A stretch of DNA of 64,000 nt from Glaucostegus cemiculus (Eukaryota). Of the stretch, positions 1-13,434 are shown piece by piece; positions within the stretch are counted from its first letter, which is position 1; every line of letters starts with the position of its first letter. The stretch is taken from assembly GCA_976551045.1 (NCBI GenBank), contig CDPCPM010000005.1, positions 186,001 through 250,000 of the forward strand, given 5' to 3'. A program made the translations under genes and the position numbers. A model generated the notes under the pieces. It made no database searches. It had not been told where the DNA came from and saw only the letters and a program-made list of their open reading frames with translations.

Positions 1-844
1 AAATATTAAGGTGCTTGAGATTCCCTTAGTTCTTCAGCTCTTGTGATAAAATAGCAGATCCCAAGGCATTTTCCCATGACATGAAATGCACCTGAACAGC
101 TGTTAATGGAATGGCATTGCAGGTGAACCCGAGGACAAGCATAAGGTCAGTGTTCTGTGTCAGGGTAAACTAAAAGGCATAGATTTTCAGCATAAGCATT
201 TCTGAATTTAAATACATTACTTCATTTGAAAATGAAGGAGTTATCATAAGATAATGGAACAATGAAGCATTATTATTTGCGCATTAAACTCAGGATAGTG
301 GAAACAAATACAGCAGCAGCTTTCAAAAAGGGAATTGGATAAGCGCTGAAGAAAAACTGTTGCAGAGCAATGGGGGACGTCTGGGAGATTAATAGGATAG
401 TTTTCACAACAGGGCAGCATAGGCAGGTTTCTGGTGCAGTATCTTTCTTTGGAAATTTGGGGTAACCTTGCAGGATTAAACAGTATGCAATATTTTGCTC
501 AGGGATTATGATTCAGCTGTTCAGTTAAATAAAGGGGGTTTTCACATCTATGTTGAATAAAGTTGAAACTAATTTCATCTTTATGTTTTGGCATTCTTGT
601 TGCTGTTTGCACTTCTTGTTGACACCATTTAAATTTGGGAAAATTTATAAACATTGGCCTTGGTAAAATATCAGCAACTGTGTAGGTGTACCGTATCTCA
701 AAGTAAACTCTTGGATTAAAAATTGAGGTCTTACTTAGGCTATTAGTGCGGTAAAAATCAAGGAATATCTCTTTGGTTCTCTTTTCATTGTGTGTGTCCA
801 GTGTGCTTTTGTAAGTTTAAAAGTTTAAGTGGGAATGGTAAGAA

Positions 845-1370
845 CATACGAGCTTAAGTGCTAGAAGCAGAAGTGGGTTATTTGGTCCCTCTTGCCTGCT
901 CTGAAATTTGATAATATCATGGCTGATCTTTTACCTCCATATTATCTTTCTGCACCATCATATCGCTTGAAATCCTTGGTTTCCAAAAATGAGTTGATCT
1001 CCTTCTTGATTACACTTGGCGACTGTGCCTCCACAGCCCTCTTGGGTCAAGAGTTTCAAAAGATTAAATCCAAAAAAAAAGTTGCAGGCGCTGGAAATCT
1101 GAAATAGAAACAGAAAATGCTGGAAATACTCAGCAGGTCAGGCCAGATCTATGGGAAGAGACAATAAACATTTCGGGTTGATTTGAAACATTACCTCTGT
1201 TTCTCTTCTCAGAAATGTGGCCCATCCTACTGAATATTTCCAGCATTTTCTGTTTTTGTTTTTGAGAAATTCACTCCTCTGCGGGTAAAGAAATTTCTCT
1301 TCATCTCCTTCCTGAATTCCTGCCCCCTTTAGTTTGAGACTGTGATCCCTGGTTCCAGGCACCAGGGTGC
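845..1370 (-). mobile_element. CR1 LINE 3' fragment interrupted by a Penelope-type foldback
   Basis: CR1 3' motifs on either side of the insert (agaagcagaagtggg..., atcatggctgatct, aagaaatttctcttcatctc). Confidence 0.6.
1072..1262. mobile_element. Penelope-derived foldback (inverted terminal repeat) element
   Basis: aaacagaaaatgctggaaatactcagcagg ... cctactgaatatttccagcattttctgttt form inverted arms. Confidence 0.7.
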
Positions 1371-3649
1371 AATTGTGCAATAATTAGCACATTTTTCCAC
1401 TTCTGGCCTTATGAAAAGAATGTCATAGATGAAGCAGCTGAAAATGGTTGGGCTTGGGACACTGTTGTGAGCAATTCTGAAGATGGGATGATTGTTAGCC
1501 AACAAGCACAACATCTTCCTTTGTGAGAGGTGTGGCAGTAAAGACTTTCCCCTTTGCTTGTTAACATTTTTATACAGCTCTTTAATGCCATCCTCAATCA
1601 AAACTACCTTGATATGAAGGGCAGTCATTTTTGCCTCGCTTCTAGAATTTAGTTATTTGGTCAAAGTTTGGACAAAGGCCATGATGTTGCCTGTAGGCAG
1701 TCAAATATAAAAACACAATACCAATTTGTCATTTGTCTGTGACAAAGGTGAGCTTCAAATTCAAGACCAGTATGATATTCCAGGCAGAATTAGATTGCCA
1801 CATCCCTTTTACATATTAATTTATTGAGCTTTTATTTTTTACCTTGTATATCATTGTGCCACTGAGCTATCTGTTCAGCTATTATTAAATGAATAAGTTT
1901 ATAAACTGGGTGATTCTTGTTTCTCATTGAAGTGTTTTTTCAACATGATGCATTTTAAGGAAGGAATATATTTCGTATCTCATGTGAAATTTTCCAATTC
2001 TGTCTTTAACTTTTCAGCTGAGCAACTTTGTACCTTTTGAGCACCTGGTTCTTGTCCATTGTTAATCTTTTCTCCAGGAGAAATAATTTGATAGCAGTAG
2101 ACTGGAGGTCACATGCATCTGCCTGAAAACATTTTAAAGTGCAGACAGATAAAATTACTTCCCTTCAACCAGCTCAACACCCCACCTACCACCTGCTATC
2201 TCTCACTTTATTTATGCATAAACAACGTTGGTTTCTTTTGAAGTATTACACCCAAAAGGTATTTCTGACTTTATTATATTAGTCAGAATGAAGTGTGAAG
2301 TTAGTGTGTAAGTCAACAGATTTATTAAACACTTGGTTTAAGAAATACTGTAAGGCTTGCCTCATTGCTGAAACAACAGATCTGATAATTAAGTCTGACA
2401 ATTCCAACAGGAGTTTAAAATGACTTGGTAATGACCGGTGTTATGCCTCTTTTTTAATTGCTAACTGCTTGGAAGCAGATATTAATTTAGAAAGCAGCCA
2501 GGCTAGGTAAATGCCTTAGATTCTAATTACTTGTATTGCAGAAGACTTTGTGACATGACTTGATTGAATTTACTTTCAGCCCAGAGAAAGGGATCAGACA
2601 TTTACTATTCACCTTTTTCTTTCAAATATGCTAAAGGGTCATTTTCAATTGAAAGCTGAATCTGCAGTAATCAAAGCAGTAATGATTCATCAATTATTAT
2701 TAAGATTATTATTACATATAAAGATCAGTACCAGCTTGGAGAAGATTCGATTTGCCACTATCTTGTCCCAGTGAGAGTGTACACACTCCATTTAATAACT
2801 AAATATATTTGATAATGCTTAAGCTACGAAATGATTTCATGCATTAGTATTTAGATAGCTTGTAGTTCCAGTAATTTATCCATTTATGTTGTGTCAAATA
2901 ATGCAGAACTGTCAGATTTCTCTCAAATATTTCTCATGCAAGATAAATGTATCTGGTGAATCAAGAAATTGTTTTTTTTAATGTCAGTTCAATTACGCAC
3001 ATCCCTTTCAGTCAAAGTCATGCCAAAGATTGACTGTACTTGGACCAAGTGGGCAAACATTTCTTTTGCTTCCATTAAAATATGCAGAAATGAAAAGCTG
3101 AATCTGATTCATAAAGTCAGCAACATAATCTGATGTAAAACCAAACACTATGAAACCAATGTGGCACCTTAGGGTTGATGTAGAGGTAAACCAAAAATCT
3201 GATTGGCTAAGGGAATAGAACTTGAGTGGTGAATGCCTTGGCTTTGTTCATATGTTTAAATGTACCATGAGTTTATCGTGAAGGTAGAAACTAGTGAATA
3301 AGAAAGTTTTTTTTTAATCTTTTGCAGTTCTTGTAATCTTGTCTACATAATTAGAAATAACCTCAAAATAGTCTTTCATGTGGGGAAACATGATGAAAAA
3401 TCTTATATTTTCCTTTCATTTCTTCTGCATCATCTTGAGTCTCCAAATGACCAAACAAGTGAATAGAACTCTAATTCATAGTCAGCAGCTTGTGTTTTAT
3501 TGCCTCGAGTATTCAAGGAGCTAATTAAGTAATCTGCATTCTGATATTTTCAATCCTTGAGGTGACTTAAATGAAGCTGTACTGATTAATACCATAAACA
3601 TTTGAATTGGAAATGAGACTAAAATATAAGTATCAACAGCGGTAGGCAG

Positions 3650-3905
3650 AAACCTGAGCTCAGTTCTGCATCCATTTCTGGGCATCGCAAGCTTTAGAAC
3701 AACAGTCAATGCCTTGGAAAAGCTATGTTGGAGATATGCCAAGAATGAATGTATTGCCATCAGGAACTGGAGAAGCTGAGATTGTTCTCTCGAGCTGAGA
3801 AGGTTAAGGGGTGATTTGGTACAAGTGTTTAAAAACATGAGAGATTTTGGAGACAAAGTAAGAAGAAACTACCACCAATAGAGAGGCAATAACTTTCAAA
3901 GATCA
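3650..3905 (+). mobile_element. CR1 LINE ORF2 C-terminal remnant
   Basis: gagaaggttaaggggtgatttggtacaagtgtttaaaa encodes an RRLRGDL..VFK-type motif; decayed. Confidence 0.65.
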
Positions 3906-4384
3906 TAAATCTTTATTGTGTCCATTCTAACTAATTATAAGCTGATAATTAGAAATGGCTGAGACAAATCCAGAGAGGCCAATGCACTTGTTTCAAAACT
4001 CTCTCTGGATCCTGGAAGAAAGTGCTGTTAGCAGTCAGCCAGTTGGAGATGAAATTAGATGGCAGGTGGGGGGGGGGGTGGTGGTGTGGTAGGAGAAACA
4101 AAGCAAGAGTTGAGAAGATGATTGAATTTCCATTTGATCCTACGTAAATCAGTGATGGTTGCAGCTTTATAAATGAAGAAAGTCCATAGACACAAGTCTC
4201 ACAAAGTATGTGAAGTGCAGTCTTGTGTGCGTATGATCTGACTTAGATGGCAAAGAAATGTAAAAGTAAGAAAGGAAAAAAAATTAAGGAGAAATAATAT
4301 CTGAAATTTATTACATTCCCTTAAGACTTCTTTTGGAAGCAAAAGTGATCTGATATCTGCCTTCCTCTAATTCAGGAATCTTTC

Positions 4385-4595
4385 CATCCCCAATTTTTAT
4401 TGCTCCACTATTGGCAGTCCAGCTGCCAAGCTCTGGAATGCCCTTAATAAACCTCATTCCCTACAAAAGGTGACTTTCACCTGTTCTATTATCTTCTCGT
4501 GTGGCTTGTGTCAAAATTTGTTTTATAACACTCCTGTAAAGTCCTTTTGGTATGCTGTACAATACTGAAAGTGTCTTAAAAATGTAAGTTGTTAC
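4385..4595 (+). mobile_element. L2 LINE 3' end remnant
   Basis: aagctctggaatgccctt followed by the tail tgaaagtgtcttaaaatgtaagttgtt, resembling an L2 3' terminus. Confidence 0.5.
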
Positions 4596-5409
4596 TGATA
4601 TTGTTACCCTACCACACAAATTTTTCATCTGATCATTTTAGAGCATCAAGTGCAGGCTTGAAAATGGGGCATCACACATTTATCTATTTAGTTCTGTGTA
4701 ATTTTATATAGTTGGGACTTCATTATTTGTTAATCCATTAGCTTTCCAGATTGACAACCTTGTTTGCCTACTTCAGAGTGGCTAATGTCAGAGGTAATCT
4801 ATTGGTTGTCAAGTATTTATGGCACCCCGAGGACACAACTAACTGCTGTGTAAATACAAGTTCCCCCTTTTTGGGGCATTTGTTTCTTTTTGCACCTGGA
4901 CCCACATGGACCAAATCTGTACTTCATATACCAAGATCAAAATGACCTTACAAAAGAAGTGGCTAAGATAGAACCAGAAGATTTAAGATGTATCTCAAAA
5001 CTTTTTCTTGATCCTGGTGTAGGGTGCTGTAAGCATTTTACATGCACAGAGACCTCTGTATTTCATTGATTTGCTTCATTCTGATTAATTTATTTGCTGC
5101 TTGGATCAACCATAATTTTATTCAGCAGCCCTCTAATGTTCAAAAATGTGAAATTGAAGGAAATTGATTCCTCACCAGAAAAAGTATAACGTTTGATTAC
5201 TTTATGAAATCTAAATTGTCTTTGCCATCTTTAATTCCCCCAAAGATTAGCAGCAAAGGTTTACTTTGTATAATGAACAATAATGTGATCCATGAAATTT
5301 TCCTTTTGCCAACATTTCAGTTTCAAGTGTCTGTAAGTAAGTGATGCATCACCTAAAGTACTAGAATAACTATTTTACAGTCACTGGATAATTGTTCAAT
5401 TATCAATAT

Positions 5410-6471
5410 TTTATTCATTGTAAAAGGTCTTGATTTTATGCTGTTTCTTTATTAGTGTGGGAATACACAGTACTGCAGCTGCCCCAGTATCTTGTAAGGA
5501 ATCATTAGATGCCTGAGTACTTGCAATCCTTGTACTGATTAGTTGCAATCCTTGCAGAAGATGCTCCTATTTCCAAAGGTCATCTTGAAAAGCTGGAGTT
5601 TAAAATACTTATTGAATGCAAGCAGTCTTTATGTCATTAGACCAATAACTCAGAAGTTAAATTTTGTTCAATTTTATTCTGCAGAAAGACCACTTTTTTC
5701 TCATTGACAAGTATGGAGTGAAAAAAAAGTAACTGTATTTTAAAATGCTGAATACAATTAACATTTGGTCAAGGCACATACAAGACTGGCCAAAGGGCTA
5801 ACAATGCACTTTGGTTTAATTTTATTTTTAAAAAGTACCTTTTCTTGTGGCAATAAAGAAGTCTGTGGCTCCAAGTCTAAACGTAATAGCAAATAACGTA
5901 TACCGTAAGCTGGAATGATGTGTTTACAACCACTATCATATTTCTGGTATTGAGTTATTTCTGTGCAACATACTCAGGCATGAACAACGTACATAGTTTC
6001 CCCTTAAATCCTGAATTAAAATTGTTTTCAAGTGTACTATTCATCTGCAGGATACCTACCTTCAGTAGCTAGTAAAAGGACCTGTGCTTACACTACAAGG
6101 TTCTCAAATACACTTTAAAAAGGTCTCCGAATGTTCAGCACTTGTAAGAAAACCACCTTCACAGCTGACGAGCAATCTTCCATCAATAGAACACGAAATT
6201 TAAATTCTCTTAAATCTTTTAAGATTATCAAAGAAAAAATACAAATTACTAGAAGTTACTAAAATATAGAATTGCAATTGGTGGTCAGGTATCCATACTG
6301 CACAATTCAGCAATAATCACCTGGATTCTGCAACTTTATTGATACAAAGTTCATTAAATATAAATTATATGGCAAATGTGCAGTCATGTTTCCTCCAGTA
6401 TTCACAAATCCAGTGTTTCCAAGTAATACAGCCATTTCTGTAGTCCCTTTCAGTTAGCAGTTCTGCAATTA
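5410..6471 (-). other. FLRT3: FLRT3 3'UTR with candidate AATAAA poly(A) signals
   Basis: Repeat-free AT-rich sequence after the stop codon, with minus-strand AATAAA at 6335-6340, 5448-5453 and 5410-5415 among others. The true end cannot be determined. Confidence 0.5.
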
Positions 6472-8460
6472 TCACGAGTGTGAGTGATCTGAATCTGGTA
6501 TTCCACTGTCCCTGTAGCTTCTGTTGCTACTGCTACTTTCACTGTGGTTGTTTTTGTACAAACTCATCCCATTAGGTGGAAATATAGTGTGTATTACAAA
6601 CTCTTCTTTTGCTGCTTGCTCACTGTTCATTGGAATCATCTGAAATGCCGTTTCTCTAATTTCTAAAATCGAGTTATCCTTCTTGGTTCCAGCCTCTGCA
6701 TAATCGTCATCCTTCCTTCTCCGCCCTCTGTTATACACACAATTTTTTGAGAAAGGGGTTCCAGTTCTGTGCAAGTAACAGCAGACCAGTGCGAGTAAAG
6801 CGATTACCACGACTGCCACTGCACCCCCTATGATGCCTGCTAAAGTCAGGCTTGTGTTTCTGTAAAGTTCCTTCTCCTGCTCCCTGTTAAGGGTTGTCGT
6901 AGGGTTGTGCGTCTTCAGAGATGCAGTCTCTGTTTCAGTGCAGACTGGGGTCTCATCTAACAGATACACATTGCTGGTTTCCATGGGAACCATACATATG
7001 CGATAGAATGACCCTGGCTCAAGGGCTGTAAGCAAGTATTCACTTCTCTCGCTATGCACAATGGTTTCAGTGATAGATCCCAAAGCAGGATTGTGTCCCA
7101 TCTTAAGCCAACTGAGCCTGAGGGCTGTCATAGGCAGGAATGTCTTCCAGGTAATATGAATTGTATCTACACTCACAGATTTCACACTGAGTCGGACAGC
7201 TGTGCTCCCAGGAACAGCTGTGGGCTGGTAGTTGTTAACACGGTCTGCTCTTTTCCCACCTGGCTGTTTTGTCACGAATGAAGGCCATTGTTCCTGTGTG
7301 GCGGGTAACACAACTGAAGATGCAGGAGTGCGTGACGTGAAGGTGAGGATAGTTTCTGAGGTGATGTCTTTGCAGCCAAACATCGTGACCGCTAGGTCCT
7401 TAATAGCCATGCCTCTAACTTTTTCAGGTGATTGGCACATTAGTCCACGGGCATTGACCCCGGTCGGAAGTGAGCGAAGCCAGTCCCGAACCCACCTCAT
7501 TTTGCAGCCACAATACCAGGGATTGTTACGGAGCAACAACTGGGTCAGGTTATTCAGATTATCGAAGATTCCCTGAGGCAAGTGGGTTAAATTATTATTA
7601 GACAAGTCCAACCGATGTAATTGTCTGAGATAGGAAAAGGCATTGGTGGGGATCAAATTAATATGATTTTCTTGAAGGTGGAGCTTCTGTAAGCTTGTTA
7701 TGGGTAGAATTGGGGGAGAAGTAAGAACATTGCGCACAAGAGATAACTCTGTAAGGTTCACAAGGTTGTTGAAAACCTTATCTTGGAGCCCTTGATTGCT
7801 CAGCAAGTTCCCATCTAACACCAGACGTTTCAGGCCAGTGAGTTGTCTAAGGGCATCCTCAGAAATGGTGGCAATACGATTGTCATCCAGTCGTAGCTCT
7901 TCAATAGTGCTGGGGAGTCCAATGGGTATACTGCTGAGGTGATTCCTTGACAAAAAAATTAATCTCAGATACTTACTATCTCGAAAGGCGCCTTCTTCAA
8001 TACTAACAGCAGATACTGAATTATCATCCAAATGCAGCCTTTCCAAATAGGGTATTTTGGAAAGTGAATCCAAGGAGATGGCCCTTATATTGTTTTCCTG
8101 CAAATGGAGTTCTTTAATGTATTTTGGTATATTGGTGGGAAATTCATCCAGACTATTTCTGTACAAGTAAATAGTTTCCACCTTCACTAAGTTCAGGAGT
8201 TCTCTTGGAATTCCAGCATTTTTAATTTGATTGTTCTGTAGGAAAAGGGTTGTGGAGTCCTCAGGAATTCCGGTTGGTATGGATGTCAGTCCTCTGTCAT
8301 TGCAGTACACGAAACCCCGATCGCACCGACATACTGAGGGACACGATCCCACAGTGACGGACTGCGTCATCAGTCCCAGAAGTAATCCTATGCCAGCCCA
8401 TGCAAACAAACTCCAAGCTGTGCTGGTCATGTTTAAGGATATTTTTGATTGGCAGGTCAT
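6472..8460 (-). CDS. FLRT3: Fibronectin leucine-rich transmembrane protein 3, single coding exon. The probable true start is the second ATG at 8430 (652 aa).
   Basis: Intact 662-codon ORF with signal peptide, LRRNT (CPSVCRCD), LRR array, LRRCT (NPWYCGC), FN3 domain, TM helix ([21 protein letters not shown]) and cytoplasmic [13 protein letters not shown]. The C-terminus [20 protein letters not shown] and N-terminus MTSTAWS resemble FLRT3 rather than FLRT1/2. Nesting antisense in a MACROD2 intron fits FLRT3. Confidence 0.97.
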   Translation of the reverse strand: MTCQSKISLNMTSTAWSLFAWAGIGLLLGLMTQSVTVGSCPSVCRCDRGFVYCNDRGLTSIPTGIPEDSTTLFLQNNQIKNAGIPRELLNLVKVETIYLYRNSLDEFPTNIPKYIKELHLQENNIRAISLDSLSKIPYLERLHLDDNSVSAVSIEEGAFRDSKYLRLIFLSRNHLSSIPIGLPSTIEELRLDDNRIATISEDALRQLTGLKRLVLDGNLLSNQGLQDKVFNNLVNLTELSLVRNVLTSPPILPITSLQKLHLQENHINLIPTNAFSYLRQLHRLDLSNNNLTHLPQGIFDNLNNLTQLLLRNNPWYCGCKMRWVRDWLRSLPTGVNARGLMCQSPEKVRGMAIKDLAVTMFGCKDITSETILTFTSRTPASSVVLPATQEQWPSFVTKQPGGKRADRVNNYQPTAVPGSTAVRLSVKSVSVDTIHITWKTFLPMTALRLSWLKMGHNPALGSITETIVHSERSEYLLTALEPGSFYRICMVPMETSNVYLLDETPVCTETETASLKTHNPTTTLNREQEKELYRNTSLTLAGIIGGAVAVVVIALLALVCCYLHRTGTPFSKNCVYNRGRRRKDDDYAEAGTKKDNSILEIRETAFQMIPMNSEQAAKEEFVIHTIFPPNGMSLYKNNHSESSSSNRSYRDSGIPDSDHSHS

Positions 8461-8474
8461 TCAATCTCTTAAAA

Positions 8475-8495
8475 CCTAGAAGGCAGAGAAAAGAT
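8475..8495 (-). promoter_or_regulatory. FLRT3: Splice acceptor of the FLRT3 coding exon (exon begins at 8475)
   Basis: Minus strand reads atcttttctctgccttctag|GTTTTAAGAGATTGAATG: polypyrimidine tract plus AG 15 nt before the first ATG, with an in-frame TGA immediately before that ATG. Confidence 0.8.
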
Positions 8496-9007
8496 AAATT
8501 TTGAATATAAGCTGAGCTGCAAGAAAATAATATAACCAGTTCAAAAACATTGTTGAATTAAATATCTTTGAAAATGCCAGTTATCGTGGGGGGAAAATAC
8601 TTATTTTGCTTTAAAATTATTAGGAAGAGACTTGTACCCCGTCAGTTCTTTGGAATAGCTTTTTTCTAACTGAAAAATCCTCGTCTGTCTTCAGATCAGA
8701 AGGCCAGGTTTGAATCATTTTGTGACTTGTGTTGGCTTCCTAAAATAAAGACCAGTTGTTTTTATTTACAAGTTTGCCTTTGAGTGCCCTCTGAAGCTGA
8801 GTGTCCTGGTCATATGTGGTTATAGTTTGTTTTGTGCTTATGGTCTCATGAAGCTAAGTGTGTACTTGATAAGATCAAGAAAGAAAATATGATGCCAGCT
8901 TGGTCACACAAGACATTTGTAACTGTTTAAAGAAAGTAACACTCATACAAGTCTATTAATCTTAGCATGGCACTGAATCTGTCTTAATATAGAGTGCACA
9001 GCATCCT

Positions 9008-9445
9008 AAAAGAAAGACTTGCATTTCTGCAATTCTTTTCACAGCATTCCTAAGCACTCAAAGACAATTAAGTACTTTTGTACAAATTATAGTTGTACAA
9101 GAAATGCAGTGACCAGTTTGCACACAACAAACTCCCGTAGACGCCAATCTGATAATGACCAGATCATGGGTTTAAAAGTTCTCAGCAAGGGATAATATTG
9201 GCCCAAGGCCCTCAGGATGAGGGTTTCCCCATTTCTTCCTTGAGGGGAAAACAGACTGCATGTCCAATAAAGCAGCACTCCCTCAGTAGAGTCATAGGGT
9301 TAAAGAGCACTTTGGCCCCACCCATCCAAAATGTCTATGTACTGTACTTGAATACCGGCCTGGAGTGATTGCGCTCAAGTAACTGGAGTTTGACTTAAAC
9401 CCACAATCCCCTGACTTAGGGGCTAGAGCACCATCGAGCAAGTGA
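9008..9445 (-). mobile_element. DeuSINE (SacSINE1/AmnSINE-like)
   Basis: Reverse-complement L2-type tail aaagacttgcattt, Deu-domain-like gataatgaccagat...atattggcc, gcactccctcagta and tRNA-like head ttaaacccacaat. Confidence 0.7.
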
Positions 9446-10434
9446 GAAATGACACTATTGTCAGATCATCCTGACCCGTTGTTTAATTAACTATATTTTG
9501 TCATGTTAATCATTGCCAGGGTAAATTATTTGCTTGGTACTGATTCATGCCAGCATCCAGAAAAATGTTGTTCCAATTGAAACTTCAAGGTGAAATAATC
9601 ATAACCTCTACAAAATACAGTTAACATCATCTTATCGCAGTGTTGTATTATTATGTGACTGCTTACGGTTATCCATGCTAGCATTATAGGAAAGCGACCT
9701 TACCACATTTAGTGCATCCCAGAAAATCTTGTGCTTGCCAAAATAATCTTGGAACATGGATTTAACATTTCCAGGTAGTATTTATTTTCCTCCTGAATGG
9801 TGCTCCAGTTCAACTCCCTCCAGTACAGTGGCTATTTCCTTTTGTTGTGATGTTTACACAGCCGATTCTGATTTATATTCCAGACCACCTGACTTGTCCC
9901 CAAATTTTCAGTGAACATGCCAAAAAAATTTACAATTGCCAGATCAGCATATGAAAAAAATCTTCTTTGCTTAAACAAACTCTACCTTCTAGCCATCCTT
10001 GTGGAAGTTGTGCTTTGCTTCCTTTTGACTCTATATTTTATATTAAAGAGCTGACACATTTAGATCTCTTTTGCTGTCTTCCACACATGCAGCTTGAATT
10101 AACTCTTTTGTGCATTTGGAAAGCTTTTCTCTGTTGTGTGATAGAAAGCAGTAATGTCAAAGACTACATCGAAAGAATCATTCACATATTGAAGCTTAAC
10201 CGATGATGTTTTCAATTTTACAGTTGCGCAGGAGGCTGCAAATTTATGGTTGGTCTCAAGTTGTGCACTATACATGCAATCTTCGGGGGATCAGTGTCTT
10301 AAGGGATGATTTCTCTTTTGTTTTATCTCCTCCTCTCTTTTGGGAAAACTTCCAGTTCCTTTAAGGCAAAACTGTATTCCTGGTCACTGAGGAGAGGGAT
10401 GGGTCAGATTTTGTCAGCTCCGAATTCCTCCCAC

Positions 10435-10532
10435 CTGGAAATATTTTGCTTTCAAACAAAATGCTGCATCAGATATTTCCCCTTCGTTGTTGCTGAATTT
10501 TCAAGAGAATATTCCTTCTGCTAAACTTGAAC
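10435..10532 (-). other. FLRT3: Candidate non-coding 5'UTR exon of FLRT3
   Basis: Minus-strand acceptor gcctttttcaattctgttcacag|G at 10532 and a possible donor CAG|gtggga at 10435, about 2 kb upstream of the coding exon in non-repeat sequence. The donor is uncertain. Confidence 0.35.
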
Positions 10533-11569
10533 CTGTGAACAGAATTGAAAAAGGCAATGGGTCGCAGGCCGAAAGCACAATTTTGATAGAGTTTCAGCTG
10601 ACGTAATTAAAGCTGAAAGCTGTACTTCAGGCATCAATTACTCCTGGCATTCAATTCTGATAGTGTCAGCGGCTGGATGAAAGAGTCTGATTACGACATA
10701 ATGAATATATCTATCTTACCAATATGCTTCAGTTGTGGGGGAATTGTTCATAGCAAGAAATCACCTTTGGCAATTATTTGGCAGATTTATTTCTTCTTGG
10801 ATTCTGTATATGGTGATGGTGACTTAACAAAATAGTAGTTGCTGTCAAAATCAGCGGTTTGAAGGAAAAATGTTTTCATACTTGCCAACACCTGCCTCAA
10901 CCATTTTATAAATAGCACTGGAGTCATGCAGCAGGCTTTGCATGCTGTTATATCTTGACTCCGACAGCCAATATGGATGCTTGTATATGCTGTTGTTTCG
11001 TGATTCTTTCTTGAATGTATGGAAGCTGCTTTCATGGTGAAGAGCTAACAATAAAAGAACTTTGAGAAGATAAAATATGACCCTGTGGCTATTGCCACGA
11101 GAATTTGGAATGATGGCAGAGGTTTTTATCTGGCATATATAGAATTATACCTTTTACGGTTAATAATGGTGGTTGGATCTGTGAAAATTCATTTATCCTC
11201 TTTCGTTGTATTGCTTCAAGTCCTTTCAGCTTGGGCTGTTGCAGTGATATTGGATGATATAGGACTCAAATTGAAGTGCTTGAGCATAAAATTGCCAACT
11301 TTGACTTCCTGCCAGGAAGGCGGGAAGTGATATGCAGGCCAACCAACAGTGCAACATGTTGGAGCTGAGAGCCATGGTCGGAAATGGGTAATTAGAATAT
11401 TTATAGAAACCATTCAACAACCAAAGGTGTTTTTATCGTGGGGGGTGCAAATAACACTTCTTACACACACAAATCATTTTGCCCTAAAACAGCTACATGA
11501 TGCCTGTTATGCAATTTCTGAAAGCATTTCAAAAGGTGCATTATATTTCGGACCATATTTTTAAAAAAA

Positions 11570-11985
11570 TTATTTATATATTAGCACCTTTCACAACTCC
11601 AGCATGCATCAAAGTACTTTTGCAGCAAATTAAGTGCTTTTGAAAAATGTAATTGTTGTAATGGAGGAGGCAGAAAAGCCATTTTCGATATAGCATTGTG
11701 CCACAAATAGCAAAGGCCAGCAGATCTGTGCAGCTTGTAACATTCATATGGGACAAATGACAGTAGGCCATTGGGGAGAGCTCCCTTGCTCTTGAATTTG
11801 TGCCATGGGATTATTTATGTGCAAGTAAAAGAGCAGCCTTCATCTTCCATATAAGATCACCTCAAACAGTGTTGCACTCCCTTCATGCTTCACCAAAGCA
11901 TCAGCATAGACTTATGTTTTCAAGCCTGGGCTGAAACTGAACTCAACCTTCCAATTTGGAGGTGATAATACTAACTATCTAATTG
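11570..11985 (-). mobile_element. DeuSINE (SacSINE1-like)
   Basis: atttatata..agcacctttcacaac tail, gtgccatgggat core and gcactcccttca; same family as 9008-9445. Confidence 0.7.
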
Positions 11986-12674
11986 TGGCGTATTTGTACA
12001 CAAAAATTATGCAAATATTTAGTCTTTTCCTGTGCATTATTTAAACACAGAAACATTTTTTGTGACTCCAAAATGATACTGCTGGTAAATCAATTACCTT
12101 GCCAAGTGGGGGGAAAAAGTCAAATTGCATTGTAATCTTGCAACCACATTTTTTTTCACTTTGCAATCCCAAGGATGGAAACTGTTGTTGAAGAGAGACA
12201 AGGAAGGAAAAACAGTACTAACATTTTTTTCTTTCCTGAATACCTTCCATTGAAGGTGTTCAGTATCTCGATGTTGACTATTCTTTATCATATGCGGCAA
12301 TAGTGCAATCAGGGTCAATCTCGTTCTCAACCTCTGGGCAGGAATATATGCCTTGCCTGGTATGGTGACACTCTAGCTTCAAACAGCTGTAATGCCAGGC
12401 ATGAATGTTCTGGAACTTCAGATGCCAAACCACATAAAGCATGCAGTCTCAATCGGGATGTGGTGAATGTGTTTTAGAAGATTAAAAAAAGCCTCAGCAT
12501 TAGTTAATTTTTATTATCTCAGTTAAAATATTGAAGTTCTATCTGGTAATTTTGGGGAAGAACTGACTTTTTGTTGTATATTGGACCATGGGCTCAAGAA
12601 TCAGTCTGATTTCATGCATATGCTAGTATGTGCCTTGTGTCTAAGAAAATGCATGATAACTGAAAAACTGAAAG

Positions 12675-13140
12675 AAAACAAGACTTGCATTTGTAGAGCA
12701 CCTCTTATGATATCAGGATGTAACAAAGCACCTTTACAGGAAATGGCGTACTTTTGGAGTTGAGCCAAGTTGCCAAGTGCACCAGATCAAGTAGTCATAT
12801 TATGCACATTGTCAAGAACTACAATCACCAATGTGATAAAGACTCAAAAACTGTTTTTGGTGAGATTTATTCATGGGTAAATATTAACCATAATATTGAA
12901 ATAATTCCTTTGCTCCTTTTTAGAATAGTGCCATGGAACCTTTTGGGATCAAGCTAGAAGTGCAGACATGGTGTTGCATTAACATCTCTCCAAAGTTTCA
13001 ACCCTCCTCCATTACTGTTTTGGGAGTGTCCACCTAGATTTTTGTACTCGAGCCTCTTAAGTGGGATTAAAACTGATGGCTTTGAGTTGGAGATGTGAAA
13101 ATGCCTGATGTTCAAGCACAATGACTGGAATATGCTTCTC
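12675..13140 (-). mobile_element. DeuSINE (SacSINE1-like)
   Basis: aagacttgcatttgtagagcacc tail and ttagaatagtgccatgg core. Confidence 0.65.
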
Positions 13141-13434
13141 AATTGAAATGTGTTTTAAAATATTTACAGCCTCTCTAAATTTCTCCTTTTGTTCAACATC
13201 TAGTTTTTGCCTTCTACTTAAGTGAAGTGTGACACAAAGTCTATGTTAGAACTGTATATGCACTATTTGCGCTCTCCTTTTATTTCCTCTTTCCCACCTT
13301 CACCCTCCAATTCTTTTGTTCTCAAAGTGTGTTATATATAAAAGAACAAATGTAAATTTTCCCCATGCACTCAATTCTATTCCATTCTTGAATAATTTTC
13401 TGAAATTCTTGTCATGTTTAAATTCTAGATAGAA

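Noticed and set aside
4062-4092. G-rich run with G-quadruplex potential (C-runs also at ~35258 and ~53507)
   Set aside because: Simple homopolymer tracts with no supporting context.
5460-6075. Possible miRNA seed matches in the FLRT3 3'UTR (for example GTACTGT)
   Set aside because: 7-mers occur by chance and cannot be supported without conservation data.
7054-8479. Plus-strand ORFs of 75-114 aa overlapping FLRT3
   Set aside because: Antisense shadows of the FLRT3 coding sequence with no recognisable domains.
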